NCBI GenBank assembly: GCA_964016885.1
Contig: OZ024741.1
Span: forward strand, 29,202,001-29,266,000
Length of the DNA: 64,000 nucleotides
Source of the DNA: Eledone cirrhosa
Lineage: Eukaryota
Direction of reading: 5' to 3'
Under the pieces are notes generated by a model. The model did not search any database. It was not told where the DNA came from and was given only the letters and a program-made list of their open reading frames with translations. The position numbers and the translations under genes were made by a program. This document shows positions 41,278 through 55,575 of this stretch, in pieces; the stretch's first letter is position 1, and every line of letters starts with the position of its first letter.

Positions 41278-42389
41278 CTAGGGCCATAACACCCCACTTG
41301 CCGATTTTGCAATGGGTAACCCCTGCTTGCCAAGGGAGACGTAAGATCTTCTTTTTATTCTTTTATCGCTTCCTTTATTTCCTTCCCCCCATCCCTCCTT
41401 AGTCCTTCTACCCCAGCTCTTCTTCTTTATCGGCGTCTTTTCTCGCCCACCCGAGGCTGCCCTTTGGCCCCTTGTAGCCTTAGTACCCCCACCCCCTCCC
41501 CTAGTCTATGATAGATTTGGCGGACTCCGCTTTTTATAGCAGTGGGTTTAGACCCCGGATACTTGCCCCCTTTTTCCGACCGCTCCCACTATTTTCCGTG
41601 CCTTCTATATTTCTTAGTGGCACTTATGCCTTATTTTCTCGTTTCAGTATTTCTTTCTTCGCTTTTCTTTTGGGCGGGGTGGATTCTGAATATATTTTTC
41701 CGTATTCTACCTTTACTTCGTACGAACTTTCATATAGCTTGTTTAAGATCTTTTAGAGTTAGCATTAGTATATATTTTTTTCGGGACTCAGAATTATTAT
41801 CTCGTACTAGTTTACTTTGCTGCACTGGGTGGTTGCTGGCATTGTGCCCGGGATAGAAACCTTTATTATTTATTTCGGGGTAGTCTCTTTAGTATTTTGG
41901 CCCCATTTGTTGACCCGTCACCGTATGATTTACGTACTTATACCTCTTAAAAGGGTCCTTGCCTATTTCGTCCCACCTAGTTCATTTACTTATTTCGTTA
42001 TTTCTTTATTTCTTTCTTTACTTCTTTCTTTCTTTCTTTATTTATTTATCTAGCCTAACAATAGCTTTACTTTTTTATCTAGCCTAACAATAGCTTTACT
42101 TTTTTCTTTACACTTATTCGCTTTTCTTCACTCTCAGTATTTTTTCTTTCATATATATTTTTACCCCTCATTGTTCTACCTACCGTTCCGATTTCCTCCC
42201 CCTCCCCCTCCCCAGTATCTTCTTTGACCTCATACCCAGCTGTAGCTGGCACTACCAACGCTTAATTGGATCTACTCCACCCCTCCCCTCTTTCTCCTAC
42301 TGGCAGGCTTAGCCACCATCTCCTCTACTAATTTGCAATCACAGAATTACTACTGACTTTTGACAATCACTTTGACCATATATGGAATT

Positions 42390-42482
42390 ACCCCTTGAGA
42401 AGATCGGCTATTTAAATACCAGGATAAATTTTCATTTAGTCCAGAATTAGCCGTCGAAACGGCTTGAGCTCAGCCGTCGGGT
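42390..42482 (+). ncRNA. Type I hammerhead with long stem II and U3:A8 core (family B)
   Basis: acccc TTGAGAA gatcggcta...tagccgtc GAAA cggct-tgagctc-agccg TC gggt; mirror copy at 37159-37252. Confidence 0.85.
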
Positions 42483-42493
42483 TCTTACTGGTT

Positions 42494-42562
<69 letters not shown>

Positions 42563-43373
42563 TTACTCCACTAATCTGTTGAGTGTTCTATATCAGTTAT
42601 AAAAAAAATTTTAAGCTTGTTGAATCCCAACAAATTAAATATAACCTCTGCATATATATATATATATAATTATTAAATAGTTCTGTAGTATACATAGTAC
42701 CTTCTTCTTTTACCCTTATCTAGTACCACTGATGATGTTGCAGATGTACAACAAAAGAACTTTGTTAGACTATATATATATATTTATATCTGTATTTTTA
42801 ACCGTTGGTCACTTCACTCAGTGATAAACATTGTTTGCCAAATAAATTAACTGTGGAGATATAAAAGATGCAGAAGCGAGAACCACCCAAACAGTGAGTG
42901 TTCTGTTATTATTTCTGGCAATATTATTACAACAATATGACTCTCCCCACGTATATATATAATATATGCAGACGTTATATTTAATTTGTTGGGATTCAAC
43001 AAGCTTAAACATTTTATAACTAATATAAAGCACTCAACAGTTTAGTGGAGTAAATATTCAATATATTAATAAATGGAAACTATATTTATAAAACCATAAT
43101 TACTTTATTATATATATTTCAAGGGCAACCAAGGCAAATTATGGTGCGCTTTCATCAGATAAAATACAGATTTGTTTTATAAATAAATATTGACATACCC
43201 GGAAAAAAGACAACCTTAACGGTTGAAGTTCGCTGGATAGTTGAAGTTCGTTTATAAAACAAATCTGTATTTTATTTGATGAAAGCGCACCATAATTTGC
43301 CTTGGTTGCCCTTGAAATATATATAATAAAATAATAATGGTTTTATAAATATAGTTTCCATTTATTAATATAT

Positions 43374-43376
<3 letters not shown>
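42563..43376. mobile_element. Nested cluster: family I tail (42563-42655), family D tail with decayed HHR (42721-42950), family I fold-back (42965-43376)
   Basis: Homology to 8750-9153 and 51977-52212. Confidence 0.75.
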
Positions 43377-43453
<77 letters not shown>

Positions 43454-44139
43454 GTAATGTCGGAGGGTAACCGCAGTTAGAAAAGGTACTAAATACATTA
43501 CTAGAGTGTAAGTATCAACATTTAGCATGAAATCATCAGGACACTCCGCGATTGTTGTCACGGTTAGAATGAGTTTCATTATACGCAAGTTTATTCAGAA
43601 TTAATTAAAGGCTAAACAATAATATATATATATATATTGTTATACTTTGGGAGGGTCATGTTGCCAATCAAATTCAAAAACGAATAATATATAAATAGAC
43701 GTTTATTTTCAATATAGAAATAATAAAAAAAGGTGAAACAAAAGGAAAGAATAGGGAAATATAATAAAAAAAGAAAGAAAGAAGAAACAGAACGGGAAGA
43801 TGGCAAGAGCTCTGGTGTCGCAGAAGAGATGGGAAGAATGAAGGAGGAGGGTGATTGGGCTTTGGAGCATAGGGGCTTGGCTGTGTGGTGTTTCTTTCTC
43901 ACAACCTCGTAGTTTAGTAGTATATTAACCAACCAATGTCTAATACAATTTCCTGTTGGAGGGATTATATCAGTCCATTACTGAACGTCCATTGTTTTGT
44001 ACTGTGTATGTAAATCTGGATGGATCCTCTCTCTCTTACTCTCTCTCCGTCTCTCTCTCTCACTCATTCTCTTTCTCTTTGAATGAGCGATTGAAATTAA
44101 GCGCCTGTGTTAGTGTGTGTTTGTTAATGCGAATGAGCA

Positions 44140-44916
44140 TGTAAGTATATGTAAGTGTGAGTATGTAAGTGTAAGTGTGAGTATGTAAGTGTGAGTATGT
44201 AAATGTGAGTATGTAAGTGTGAGTATGAGAGTGAGTATGTAAGTGTGAGTATGTAAGTGTAAGTGTGAGTATGTAAGTGTGAGTATGTAAGTGTGAGTAT
44301 GTAAGTGTGAGTATGAGAGTGTGAGTATGTAAGTGTAAGTGTGAGTATGTAAGCGTGAGTATGTAAGTGTGAGTATGTAAGTGTGAGTATGTAAGTGTGA
44401 GTATGTAAGTGTGAGTATGTAAGTGTATGTGTGAGTATGTAAGTGTGAGTATGTAAGTGTAAGTGTGCGTATGTAAGTGTGAGTATGTAAGTGTGAGTGT
44501 ATAAGTGTAAGTATGTAAGTGTAAGTGTGAGAATGTAAGTGTAAGTGTGAGTATGTAAGTGTGAGTATCTAAGTGTGAGTATGTAAGTGTGAGTATAGGA
44601 GTGTGAGTATGTAAGTGTAAGTGTGAGTATGTAAGTGTGAGTATCTAAGTGTGAGTATGTAAGTGTGAGTATAGGAGTGTGAGTATGTAAGTGTAAGTAT
44701 GTAAGTGAAAGTGTGAGTAAGTAAGCGTGAATATGTAAGTGTGAGTATGTAAGTGTGTGTATGTAAGTGTAAGTGTGAGTATGTAAGTGTGAGTATGTAA
44801 GTGTGTGTATGTAAGTGTAAGTGTGAGTATGTAAGTGTGAGTATGTAAGTGTGAGTATATAGGTGTGAGTATGTAAGTGTAAGTGTGAGTATGTAAGTGT
44901 GAGCATGTAAGTGTGA
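44140..44916. repeat. Minisatellite (GTGAGTATGTAAGT)n with GTAAGT inserts
   Basis: Direct inspection; 14- and 20-bp units. Confidence 0.92.
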
Positions 44917-45044
44917 GAGCGAGAGCATATGTTATTAAGCGAGTGCGTGTGTATATGTGTTTAAAGCACGATACTGTGGCTAATTCCATGTGTATGTGTT
45001 TATATTTTTTTGCACACGCATTAATCAGTACGTCTGAGGCAATG

Positions 45045-45184
45045 TGAATGTATGTGTGTGTGTATGTGTGTGTATGTGTGTGCGTGGATGTGTGTATGTG
45101 TATGTGTGTATGTGTGTGTATGTGTGTGTATGTGTGTATGTGTGTGTGTATGTATGTGTGTGTGTGTGTGTATGTGTGTGTGTA

Positions 45185-45219
<35 letters not shown>

Positions 45220-46198
45220 ATGTATGTGTGTGCATGTGTATGTGTGCGCGCATGTGTGTGCGTGTATATGTGTGTGTGTGTGTGTGTGTGATTGCAACTG
45301 AATGTATGTATGTGTGTATGTTTATTTGCAATTGGGATGTGTGTGGATGCTTATGTATATGAGGAAATGTGAATGTGTGTTTGTGTGCGATTAAGTGATA
45401 TTATGTGTGAGTGTGTATGTGTGTAATTGTGTGACTGTCTATGTATTTCTGTATGTGAGTGACTGTGTGTAAATAGTAATGTGTGCGTGTTTGAGTGTGT
45501 TTTATACGTGTGTGCGTGAGAACGTGGTTGATTGTCTCTGAATGTATACGCGTATGTGCGTAAGAGTAAATAATTGTGTGTGTGTGAAATTGTGTGTGTG
45601 AAAGTGTGTTTGCGAAAGTGTGTGTATCAGTGTGTGCGTGTGTGTATATGTGCGAAGGTGTGTATATCTGTGTGTGTGTGTGTGTGAAAGTGTGTGTATC
45701 TGTGTGTGTGTGTGTGTATTTGTATATGTGTGTGTGTGTGTGCAAAGATGTGTGTATTTGTGTGTGTGTGTGCAAAAGTGTGTATCTCTGTTTGTGTATG
45801 CGCGAAAGTGTATGTATCTGCATATGTGTGTGCGAAAGTGTGTATATCTGTGTGTGTATGTGTGTATGTGTGTGTCAGTGTGAAATATGTTGAAATATAA
45901 AAAAGAGTGTATGTGAAAATGAGTGTAAATTCGTGTGTGTGTGCGTTTGTGTGTGTGTGTGTGTCAGTGTGAATATATAGATGTCTGAGTTTCTCAATAT
46001 GTGTGTGTAAGTCTGTATATGTGGGGTTGCCTCAATATTTATATGTGTGTGTGTGCGTGTGTGTTTGTGCGTGTGTGTCTGCGTATATATATAGAGTCCC
46101 TGAATATGTTTTTGTGTCTGAATATGTGTGTGTATATCTGTGTATGTTGACTTGCCTCAACATGTGCCTGTGGCAGTGTATGTGCGTATGCCTGTCTA

Positions 46199-46234
<36 letters not shown>

Positions 46235-46764
46235 ACGTTGAAATACAAAAAACAAACAAACAACAACAACAAAACCCCCTCAAATCAAATACAAAAACAG
46301 TGACAAAACCGATGAAATTCACAAATAAATCCATTATAATGTAGTTTACCAACAGAGCCATTAAGAACATCGATAAACACGGTTGCAACATCATTTAATG
46401 ACCAGATTAAATAGCAGCCATTAACAAACATGTCCTATGCTTTACTGAAACATTTTTAAACGGCTTAACAGAGTTTTGCAAGTCAACAGAACATTCATTG
46501 TCATTGCATGAGAGTGTTGTGATATTTAACAGAACACAGAACACTGTATACCTCATACATGCTCGTATATACAGACATACGTTCGTACATATATACATAC
46601 ATGCATATACATACATGCATACATACATATATACATACACATATATATATATATATACATGCATATATACATATATACATGCATGCATACATATATACAT
46701 ACATATATATGTATACATACATATATACATACATGCATACATACATATATACATGCATTCATAC

Positions 46765-46799
<35 letters not shown>

Positions 46800-47860
46800 C
46801 ATGCATACATACATATATACATACATGCATACATATATACATGCATGCATACATATATAGATACATATATATATACATACATGCATGCATACATACGTGC
46901 ATACATACATATATATTATACATATTTACATACATACATATATACATATATATAAATATACATGCATACATACATGCATATATACATACATTTATATATA
47001 CATATATGGTGGCTGCCAACTCGTTTTCGAGTACGGCCACTACTTTATATCCATGTAGGAGAACCCCTACCGATGCGCTGAACAAGTGTGACTTTTTAGT
47101 CCACCCAGGGACTTGAAAACTCTGGTACAAACACTACACTTGTGACAATTATTGACACATAGTGCTGGGCCCATGGTACCATGTGACGACAAGTGCAGAG
47201 AGATCTCCAGATATAAAGCAATGCCTGTGCCGTGAAGCTTTTATAGTGAGCAAAGGCACTGCACAAAGCCAGTCCCACTCTCTTAACCAAGATGATATTT
47301 ACCAAAAAGAAGAACAAGTCAACATCATTGGATACCATCAGGGTTGCAGGTGTTATATCAGTTTTCCTTCTCCTAGAATTCTGCCTTGACAATGGCTAAG
47401 GGGTCATCTCTCCCGGATATACATATACGTATATACATATATACATGCATGCATACATACATACATACATACATATATACATACATGCATACATGCATGT
47501 ATACATGCATGTATATATGCATGCATACATATATACATATATACATGCATATACATATATACATGCATGCATACATACATACATATATACATACATGTAT
47601 ACATGCATGTATACATGCATGTATATATGCATGCATACATATATACATTTATATATATATAAATACATGCATACATGCATATATACATACATATATACAT
47701 ACATACATACATGCATACATGCATACATGCATACATGCATACATACATATATACATACATACATACATGCATACATACATACATACATCATACATACATA
47801 CATACATACAAACACCATGCATACATGCAAACATACATATACACATACACATACAGTATG
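45045..47860. repeat. Compound (GT)n, (GTAT)n and (TACATG)n microsatellite fields with short non-repetitive interruptions
   Basis: Direct inspection. Confidence 0.85.
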
Positions 47861-48698
47861 CCCGTGTGCGCGCACACACATAATAACTCGGGCGCACGTA
47901 TACATACACACACTCACGAACACGTTCACACAAACACCCATACATAGGGCACATGTATTTATTTCCCAGCTATTGTTTAAGTGTATAACGCCGCCATATG
48001 TTCGTAGAATCTTCTTCATATGTCTATTGACTAATAGACCAATGAAACCGAATCCCGCCCATAGTTGCCACTATATCGATTTATAAATTATATACATGCC
48101 TACACATTTAGATACATTTACCTCTCTCCCTCCTTCTCCCCCCCTCTCTTTCTTCTTCTCTCTCTCTCCTCCTGTTTCTCCCAACCCCGCTCTATATCTA
48201 TATATATAAGTATATGTGCATGCTTATTTTATCTATTATATTATTTATAAATTATTTTGCTTCTACTACAATTTTCCTGAATAACATCGTTTTCAGCATT
48301 ACTTTCCACTTAACAAACCATCATATACACAGTTCCCAAGCCTGTAACAAACGTGCAATAACTGAAATAGAGTTACTTGCCAGCTATTAGAATTTTGCTT
48401 TGCCACGTTCGTGATATATAGCATCAACACTCATTCCACCACGTGGTGTTTGCGAAAAGCAAACATACAGGTCTAACCACAAACAACTTTAAAGTTGGTT
48501 TAAACAGCATCTTGACACCTTCAGTTCCAAGGAAAATATAAATTGCGTTTTTTGTTCCATTTCACAAAAGTCAGATCTCTACTGGTTAGCAAACAAGGAA
48601 CCCTTTCATTTGGCTCAGAATGAATCAGAAACGAAACCAAACAATGATTTAGTTACGAAAGTTAACAGAAGCCGAGCTGTTATACCTATAACTTAATA

Positions 48699-49005
48699 AT
48701 TGTTTCTACTTTTGGAACAAGGCCAGCAATTATCCCAGTACCTTACTGGTACTTTATTTTATTGACCCCGTAAGAATGAAAGGCAAAGTGAACCTCGGCG
48801 AGATTTGAACTCAGACTATAAAGGGGCGAAACTCTATGCTGCAAAGCATCGCGTACGACCTTCTACCGATACGGCTAATCCCCCGCCTTCATATCCTAAT
48901 AATTGTTTCTAGTTTTGGCACAAGGCCAGCAATTATCTCAGTACATTACTGGTACTTTATTTGATCGACCCCGTAAGGATGAAAGGCAAAGTTAACACTG
49001 CCGAT
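48699..49005 (-). mobile_element. Tandem SINE pair (48699-48888 full, 48903-49005 truncated)
   Basis: Same family; each tail abuts taataat. Confidence 0.85.
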
Positions 49006-49081
49006 AATTCACTCCTCACACGCCACACACACACGCGCGCATATATATATGTATGTGTGTATATATACATATATATACATT

Positions 49082-49143
<62 letters not shown>

Positions 49144-49229
49144 ATCAGAGACACACATGTACACACACACATATGTCGGTCAAGCACATGTACCGACCTC
49201 CTCATAAACTTTCCTCTTCACACTTATAC

Positions 49230-49672
<443 letters not shown>

Positions 49673-50461
49673 CCTACATTATATCGAAAACCAACGTTCA
49701 TACACATATTTTTTCCACATTCCGAGTTGAAATCATATAGATTTTTTCCTATATATTCTTTTATTTGTTTCCCTCACTAGGCTGTGGAGTTGCTTAAGAA
49801 TGCCCTTCACGAGTTGTTGTCCGATTTTATCGAATCGAGTACTCATTTTTTAAAGTTAGTTACTTATCTTATAAGACTATCTTTCCCTATAAATAAAGTG
49901 GAGTAAGAAAATCCCTTCAACAACCCACACCATTGCTTAAAATAGTTATGGTCTGTGTGGGACAATTCACACTTTTTGTTACCTCTGAGAGCAACAGTTG
50001 GTGCAAAATATGTGACGAGACTGATGAATAGCAGACCCCAAGATTTGTGTTCGCAATTTTCTGTCTCATGAGGTGAGCTATGGCGCGCCAGATACCAAAT
50101 TTGTATTTTAATTCCACGTACACACATGCATACACATTCACACACACACACATACATCCATGCATTCATCCATCCATCAATTACGTATAATATTTCCAGT
50201 TTTACATACATACACAACATACACACATATACAGTCGCACAGTCACGCACATGCGCACACAGTCACATACACACAACCACGCATACACACACACATACAT
50301 AATATATGCATATTAAAAAGATAAAACGTTAAAAAAAGAATAATGTTAAAAGATGAAAAGGTTTAAAATATGTAAAATGTATAATACAAATATATAAAAA
50401 TATCTACATCCCATTGAATTCTAATGAAACGTCTTCTTGAACCAAATAACCTATTCAAAGC

Positions 50462-50592
50462 AACCGGTCAACTAACCAACCAACCAACCAACCAACCAAC
50501 CAACCAACCAACCAACTAACCAACCAACCAACCAACTAACCAGCCAGCCAACTAACCAGCCAGCCAACTAACCTGCCAACCAACTAACCATC
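50462..50592. repeat. (CCAA)n microsatellite
   Basis: Direct inspection. Confidence 0.9.
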
Positions 50593-50911
50593 GAACTGAT
50601 GAGTAAACACTTCAGCAGTCGCTCAATCTATTTGATATAGAAGACAAATAAATATTACATCACGCACGTTACAATATTAAAACGTAAGGACTGACTACAC
50701 ACGAAAAATACGACGAGTCCAATTTTTACGTTTGTAGGTGTAGGAAAACAATAATTAAAAGTTCAAATATGAGGAATCCGTCCTTCAAGGCAAATACAGG
50801 TACCTTATGTCCCCTTAGAAAGAGAAATTATAATAAAAAAGAGCTTCAAACAGATAAAATTAAGAAACTTACTGGGAGCAAACAAATACATGTCTGAATA
50901 ATCTAAATGTC

Positions 50912-51168
50912 GTCATCATCAACAACAATAACAAAAACAACAACAACAACACCATCACCACCACCACCACCACCAACAACAATAACCAACAACACCTCCA
51001 CCACCACCACAACAACAACAATAACACCTTCACCACCACCACCACCAACAGCACCACCTCCACCACCAACAACAACAGTAACAACAACAACACCTCCACC
51101 ACCACCACCAACAAAAGCAATAACACCTCCACCACCACCAACAACAACAACAACAGCAACAACAACAC

Positions 51169-51218
<50 letters not shown>

Positions 51219-51430
51219 GCAACAACACCTCCACCACCACCACCAACAGCAACAACAACATCAACAACAGCAACAACACCACCTCCACCACCATAACCAC
51301 CCCCACCCCAACAACAACAACAGCACCTCCACCACCACCACCCCCAACAACAACAACACCTCCACCACCCCCACCAACAACACCTCCCCCCCCCCACCAC
51401 CAACAACAACAATGATGATGACAACAGCAA

Positions 51431-51462
<32 letters not shown>

Positions 51463-51608
51463 ACAACAACAGCAATGGTAACAACAACAACAACAACTAT
51501 ATCAGCAACAACAATACCAACAACAACAGCAGCAACAACAACAGCAACAATAGCAGCAACAACAACAACAACAACAACAGCAACAACAACAACAACAAAA
51601 ACAACAAA
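50912..51608. repeat. (CAA/CCA/CAG)n trinucleotide field
   Basis: Direct inspection. Confidence 0.9.
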
Positions 51609-51976
51609 AGAACATTTAAATGATAGAATACACAATGTAATCAAGAACAAGAAACTAAAAATATAAGCGTCGAGAATAAAACAAACATCGAAAATTTAAA
51701 TAACTTGAAAATATAAAGCAGAAAAATCGACTTAGTGTATGGAAATAAATATAAAATCAATCACCAGCATAATTACTGAATATTAACCAACAAAAGACGA
51801 ACTTTAACTTCACAATTTAAATTCAGATAAAATGAAATATGTGAAATATTGGAGAAAATGATATTTTAATGATGGAAATTCTGAATATGACAACAATTTA
51901 AAAATAAATAAATAAATAAATAAAATAAAAATGGCGTATATATTACAATACAATACGATAGGAGGGAACATAATAA

Positions 51977-52028
51977 TAGTACCACTGATGATGTTACAGA
52001 TGTGCAACGAAAGAACTTTGATAGACTA
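51977..52028 (+). ncRNA. Type I hammerhead (family D relative; element extends to 52212)
   Basis: tagtacca CTGATGA tgttaca-gatg-tgcaac GAAA gaac TT tgatagacta. Confidence 0.68.
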
Positions 52029-52712
52029 TATATATATATATTTATATCTGTATTTTTAACCGTTGGTCAAGCAATGATAAACGTTGATTGCCAAATAAAT
52101 TAACTATGGAGATATAGAAGATACAGAAGCGAAAACCAATCAAACAGTGAGTGTGTTCTGTTATTATTTCTGCAATATTATTACAACAATATGACCCTCC
52201 CCAAGTATAACAAAATTTAAAAATGGATATAATTAAAGATTTTAAATCAACAGATGATTAGAAATTCTGGCAGCATTTCCTGGAACGAATGAAATATACG
52301 TAAACATCCACGAAGCTTCTCTTATATCATCGCAATGTGAAGACGGTGAGGGTTGGACTGCTGGTAGATGGTATTTGGTAGACATTCACAATGATGTCGA
52401 GACAATGAATGAATGTGTACAGAATGACTTTATTACATTGCAGGCATCGCAGACAAATCAGTTTAACAGCACTTCCATGCCTGTAGAGTTTATCTCAAAC
52501 CAGCAGAACTTCACCCATGCCACTGATATATTTATATTCATTTCATTGCTACAAAAGAACCATGTGTAAAACTGATCTATCAGAACTGTAATGGAGGCCT
52601 TTGCTATATAGTAGAGCCTTCACTAACTATTCTGGTTAACAATTCTGCAGAAATCATAATTAACTGGGTGATGTCTAAAAACATCTGACTGATAAAATGA
52701 CAAGTCAGTCAA

Positions 52713-52830
52713 TCATATTGGTGGCCTCCCCACAGCCCCGGCGGACAGAATGGAGAAGGCGTTTCTCTGGAGGACGGCAAGGGAGACGCGCTGGAAAAGC
52801 CATTCCAGCTCGCGAGGCTCACACCTGCAG
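52713..52830 (-). mobile_element. CRE-clade non-LTR retrotransposon C-terminal fragment
   Basis: Translates CEPRELEWLFQRVSLAVLQRNAFSILSAG..*, resembling the CRE QRLSxAxQRGNA motif; homologue at 63910-64000. Confidence 0.65.
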
Positions 52831-53270
52831 CTACCAGACCAAATATTTCTAGAAAGTTATACATTGTAGTCCCCAACACAAAAGTCCTCCATAAGAGACC
52901 AATCTGTTAACGTTGACGTTCAGAGCCTTCCTTATAATACATTGTCGTTCTTCCTCGCTACTAGCCCTCTAAAGATTGCTTGAGTGGGACTTCCATCAAT
53001 GGCATTGCGTGACAACATTCCAGATGCTAGGAGACCAAACTTAAACTTTGTTTGACAAAGGAATGCAACTCGCTCAATGAAACGAGTTTCGGAAATACCT
53101 GTGTCACGAATGGAAACGATATGCACTCACTGTCTATGGATCTCTGTAAATGCTGCAGTCTTATACACGCCACGCATCTCAACGTACACCCACTTACATC
53201 TCTCTCTCCACCACCGGATCTTGTTACCCGGAGATTTACCCATCTGCATTATCGAGGCTGCCAAACGACT
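52830..53270 (-). mobile_element. Highly decayed LINE remnant (possibly L1/Tx1-like)
   Basis: Balanced-GC broken frames (AIFRGLVARKNDNVL); resemblance from memory only. Confidence 0.3.
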
Positions 53271-53307
53271 TAAAGAAATTTACCTTATCATTGTATATAT
53301 ATATATA

Positions 53308-54183
53308 TCCAAAATTAAATTAAGGGTTGTCATGTCTGAAAGACATGCGCCATATCAACTGCAGAATAAGCTCAAAGATTCCAATGAATAGATCCGAGCA
53401 TTTTATATCAACTAGAAATAGATTGACATATATATATATAAAATAAACACATGGAACAATCACAGGGAATAATTTGTAAAGTGTGTAAGCACACATAGCT
53501 AGGTAGGTAACTAATTAAAGTTTAACTAGAACTTCAAATATAGATACCTTTTAAAATGATTAATCTCCTTTGTATATATTTCTTTAAATAAAAATATATT
53601 TCACCAATTAATCAGTAAATCACAGTAGTCAAATCAGGATGGTCACCAAAGGAGAAGATTCAACTATCTGCGTTTACACAGCAAATGCAAATATGTGAAT
53701 GACTCGTACCACGTGTTGCATTTTTAAAAAAATACACACATCGCACAGCGTCATCCCAGTGGGGTGAATAGGATTATCGACAGCTAGAAATAGCAGCCGA
53801 GTCCATTCAACTGAGTTATCTCTACAATTAAGGGGCCGTATATATATATCCAAAATTAAATTAGGGGTTGTCATGTCTGAGAGACATGCGCCATATCCAC
53901 TGCATTTGTTGTGTAAACGCAGATAGTTGAATCTTCTCCTTTGGTGACCATCCTGATTTGACTACTGTGATTTACTGATTAAATGGTGAAATATATTTTT
54001 ATTTAAAGAAATATATACAAAGGAGATTAATCATTTTAAAGGGTATCTATATTTGAAGTTCTAGTTAAACTTTAATTAGTTACCTACCTAGATTTGTGTG
54101 CTTACACACTTTACAAATTATTCCCTGTGATTGTTCCATTTGTTTATTTTATATATATATATGTCAATCTATTTCTAGTTGAT
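53308..54183. mobile_element. Fold-back family K with 541-bp direct period (also 36840-37024)
   Basis: tccaaaattaaatta.gggttgtcatgtctga at 53308 and 53849; 53901-54183 is the reverse complement of 53406-53690. Confidence 0.8.
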
Positions 54184-54188
54184 ATATA

Positions 54189-55575
54189 CTTAGGGTAAAT
54201 ATTGATGCAATTCAATTCAAGCACTCAACGTACTTTTTCCACATAGGAGTGACGGAGTAAATATCGAATAAGGAAAAGCGAAGTAGTTTCAGATGTTCAA
54301 GTCTTTTAATAATAATGCTTTGATATATATTTCAATGACGACACTGTCCACACTGTTCTGTGTGCTAGTGTCGCGACATCGTCAGACAGCTTGTTACATA
54401 ATAAGGTTATGTTTCCGAGGCAATCCAAATTGAATCGACATGGGAACGGACGAAGGGTGTGCTTTTGGGTTCATCCGTTCCCTGTGAGTATCGATTCACC
54501 CCCACCGGTCTGCGCAGGCGCATGTCCGAAGGAAGTTGACCATTAGCTACCGCAGATTTCAACGAAATTCGCTTAGTAAGTTCCCCCTCTCAGCCAAACA
54601 ATGACCCATACAGGCCTGTACCATAGTTTACTGCTACCCATCCCGTCTGTGGCAGTCAGCCGAAAGCCAGAAGGGATATGTTTTTTTACTCACCTCAATC
54701 CAGATTCTCACTTGAAAAATTATTTAATTTCTAATTGTTAATTTTTTAATTTTTTAATTTTTTAATTTATAATTTCTGATATTTGATCTAGGATTTTTGA
54801 TTTTAAATTTTAATTTTTATTTCCAACTCTCACTCATAACTTCCAATGTAAAACCATGATACCTAGAATTAAGTATATTTTCTCTTAGGGGTTGATGGTC
54901 AGTTGCACTGTCCATGCTTGGTGAGAGGTAGTATTGTGACCTGTAAAAACTAACACACTCCCATCCCCTCTGGTTTTCGGCTGACTGCCACAGACCGGAT
55001 GGGTAGCAGTAAACTATGGTACAGGCCTGAATGGGTCATTGTTTGGCTGAGAGGGGGAACTGACTAAGCGAATTTCGTTGAAATCTGCGGTAGCTAATGG
55101 TCAACTCCCTTCGGACATGCGCCTGCGCAGACCGGTGGGGGTGAATCGGTACTCACAGGGAACGGATGAGGAACCCAAAAGCACACACTTCGTCCGTTCC
55201 CATGTCGATTCAATTTGGATTGCCTCGGAAACAACCTTATTATGTAACTTGCTGTCTGACGATGTCGCGACCCTGGCACACAGAGCAGTGTGGTAAGTGT
55301 CGTCATTGAAATATATATCACAGCATTATTATTAAAAGGGCGGTGGATTGGCAGTATCGGTAGAGGGTCGTACGCCATGCTTTGACGCATAGAGTTACGG
55401 CCCTTGCCATTCTGAGTTCAAATCCCGCCAAGGTTAACTTTGCCTTTCATCCTTACGGGGTCGATAAAATAAAGTACCAGTAATACACTGGTTAATTGCT
55501 GGCCTTGTGCCAAAAGTAGAAACAATTATTATTAAAAGACTTGAACATCTGAAACTACTTCGCTTTTCCTTATTC
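54189..55575. mobile_element. Family H fold-back (turn near 54679), HHRs at 54317-54390 (-) and 55251-55324 (+), SINE inserted at 55338-55524
   Basis: Homology to 28207-28970; CTGACGA core; SINE TSD attattattaaaag. Confidence 0.87.

Larger units (their letters stand above)
37068..42497. mobile_element. PLE family B: near-full-length plus arm (about 39256-42497) preceded by an inverted 2.1-kb 3' copy (37068-39213)
   Basis: RT motifs KYIQFDIESYY, GGGLYRYDG, VNFLDVTL; WFNPP; CNC..CPL..C; GIY-YIG; about 1.2-kb 3' UTR; (TA)n on both sides. Confidence 0.93.

Noticed and set aside
37068-42497. Fold-backs as sequencing or assembly chimeras
   Set aside because: Arms differ by substitutions and indels, have unequal ends and consistent polarity, and one arm at 55338 carries its own SINE; read-level confirmation is still advisable.
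44124-44916. CRISPR-like or coding repeat array
   Set aside because: Contiguous tandem units without unique spacers, no cas genes, eukaryotic context.
50017-50068. CTGATGA-containing HHR candidate (also 14456 and 33440)
   Set aside because: The GAAA or CUGA half is missing or the stems are unconvincing; not counted.
50869-51666. Thr/Pro-rich mucin-like and Val/Gly-rich ORFs
   Set aside because: Pure CAA/CCA trinucleotide expansion, open in many frames on both strands, with no exon context.
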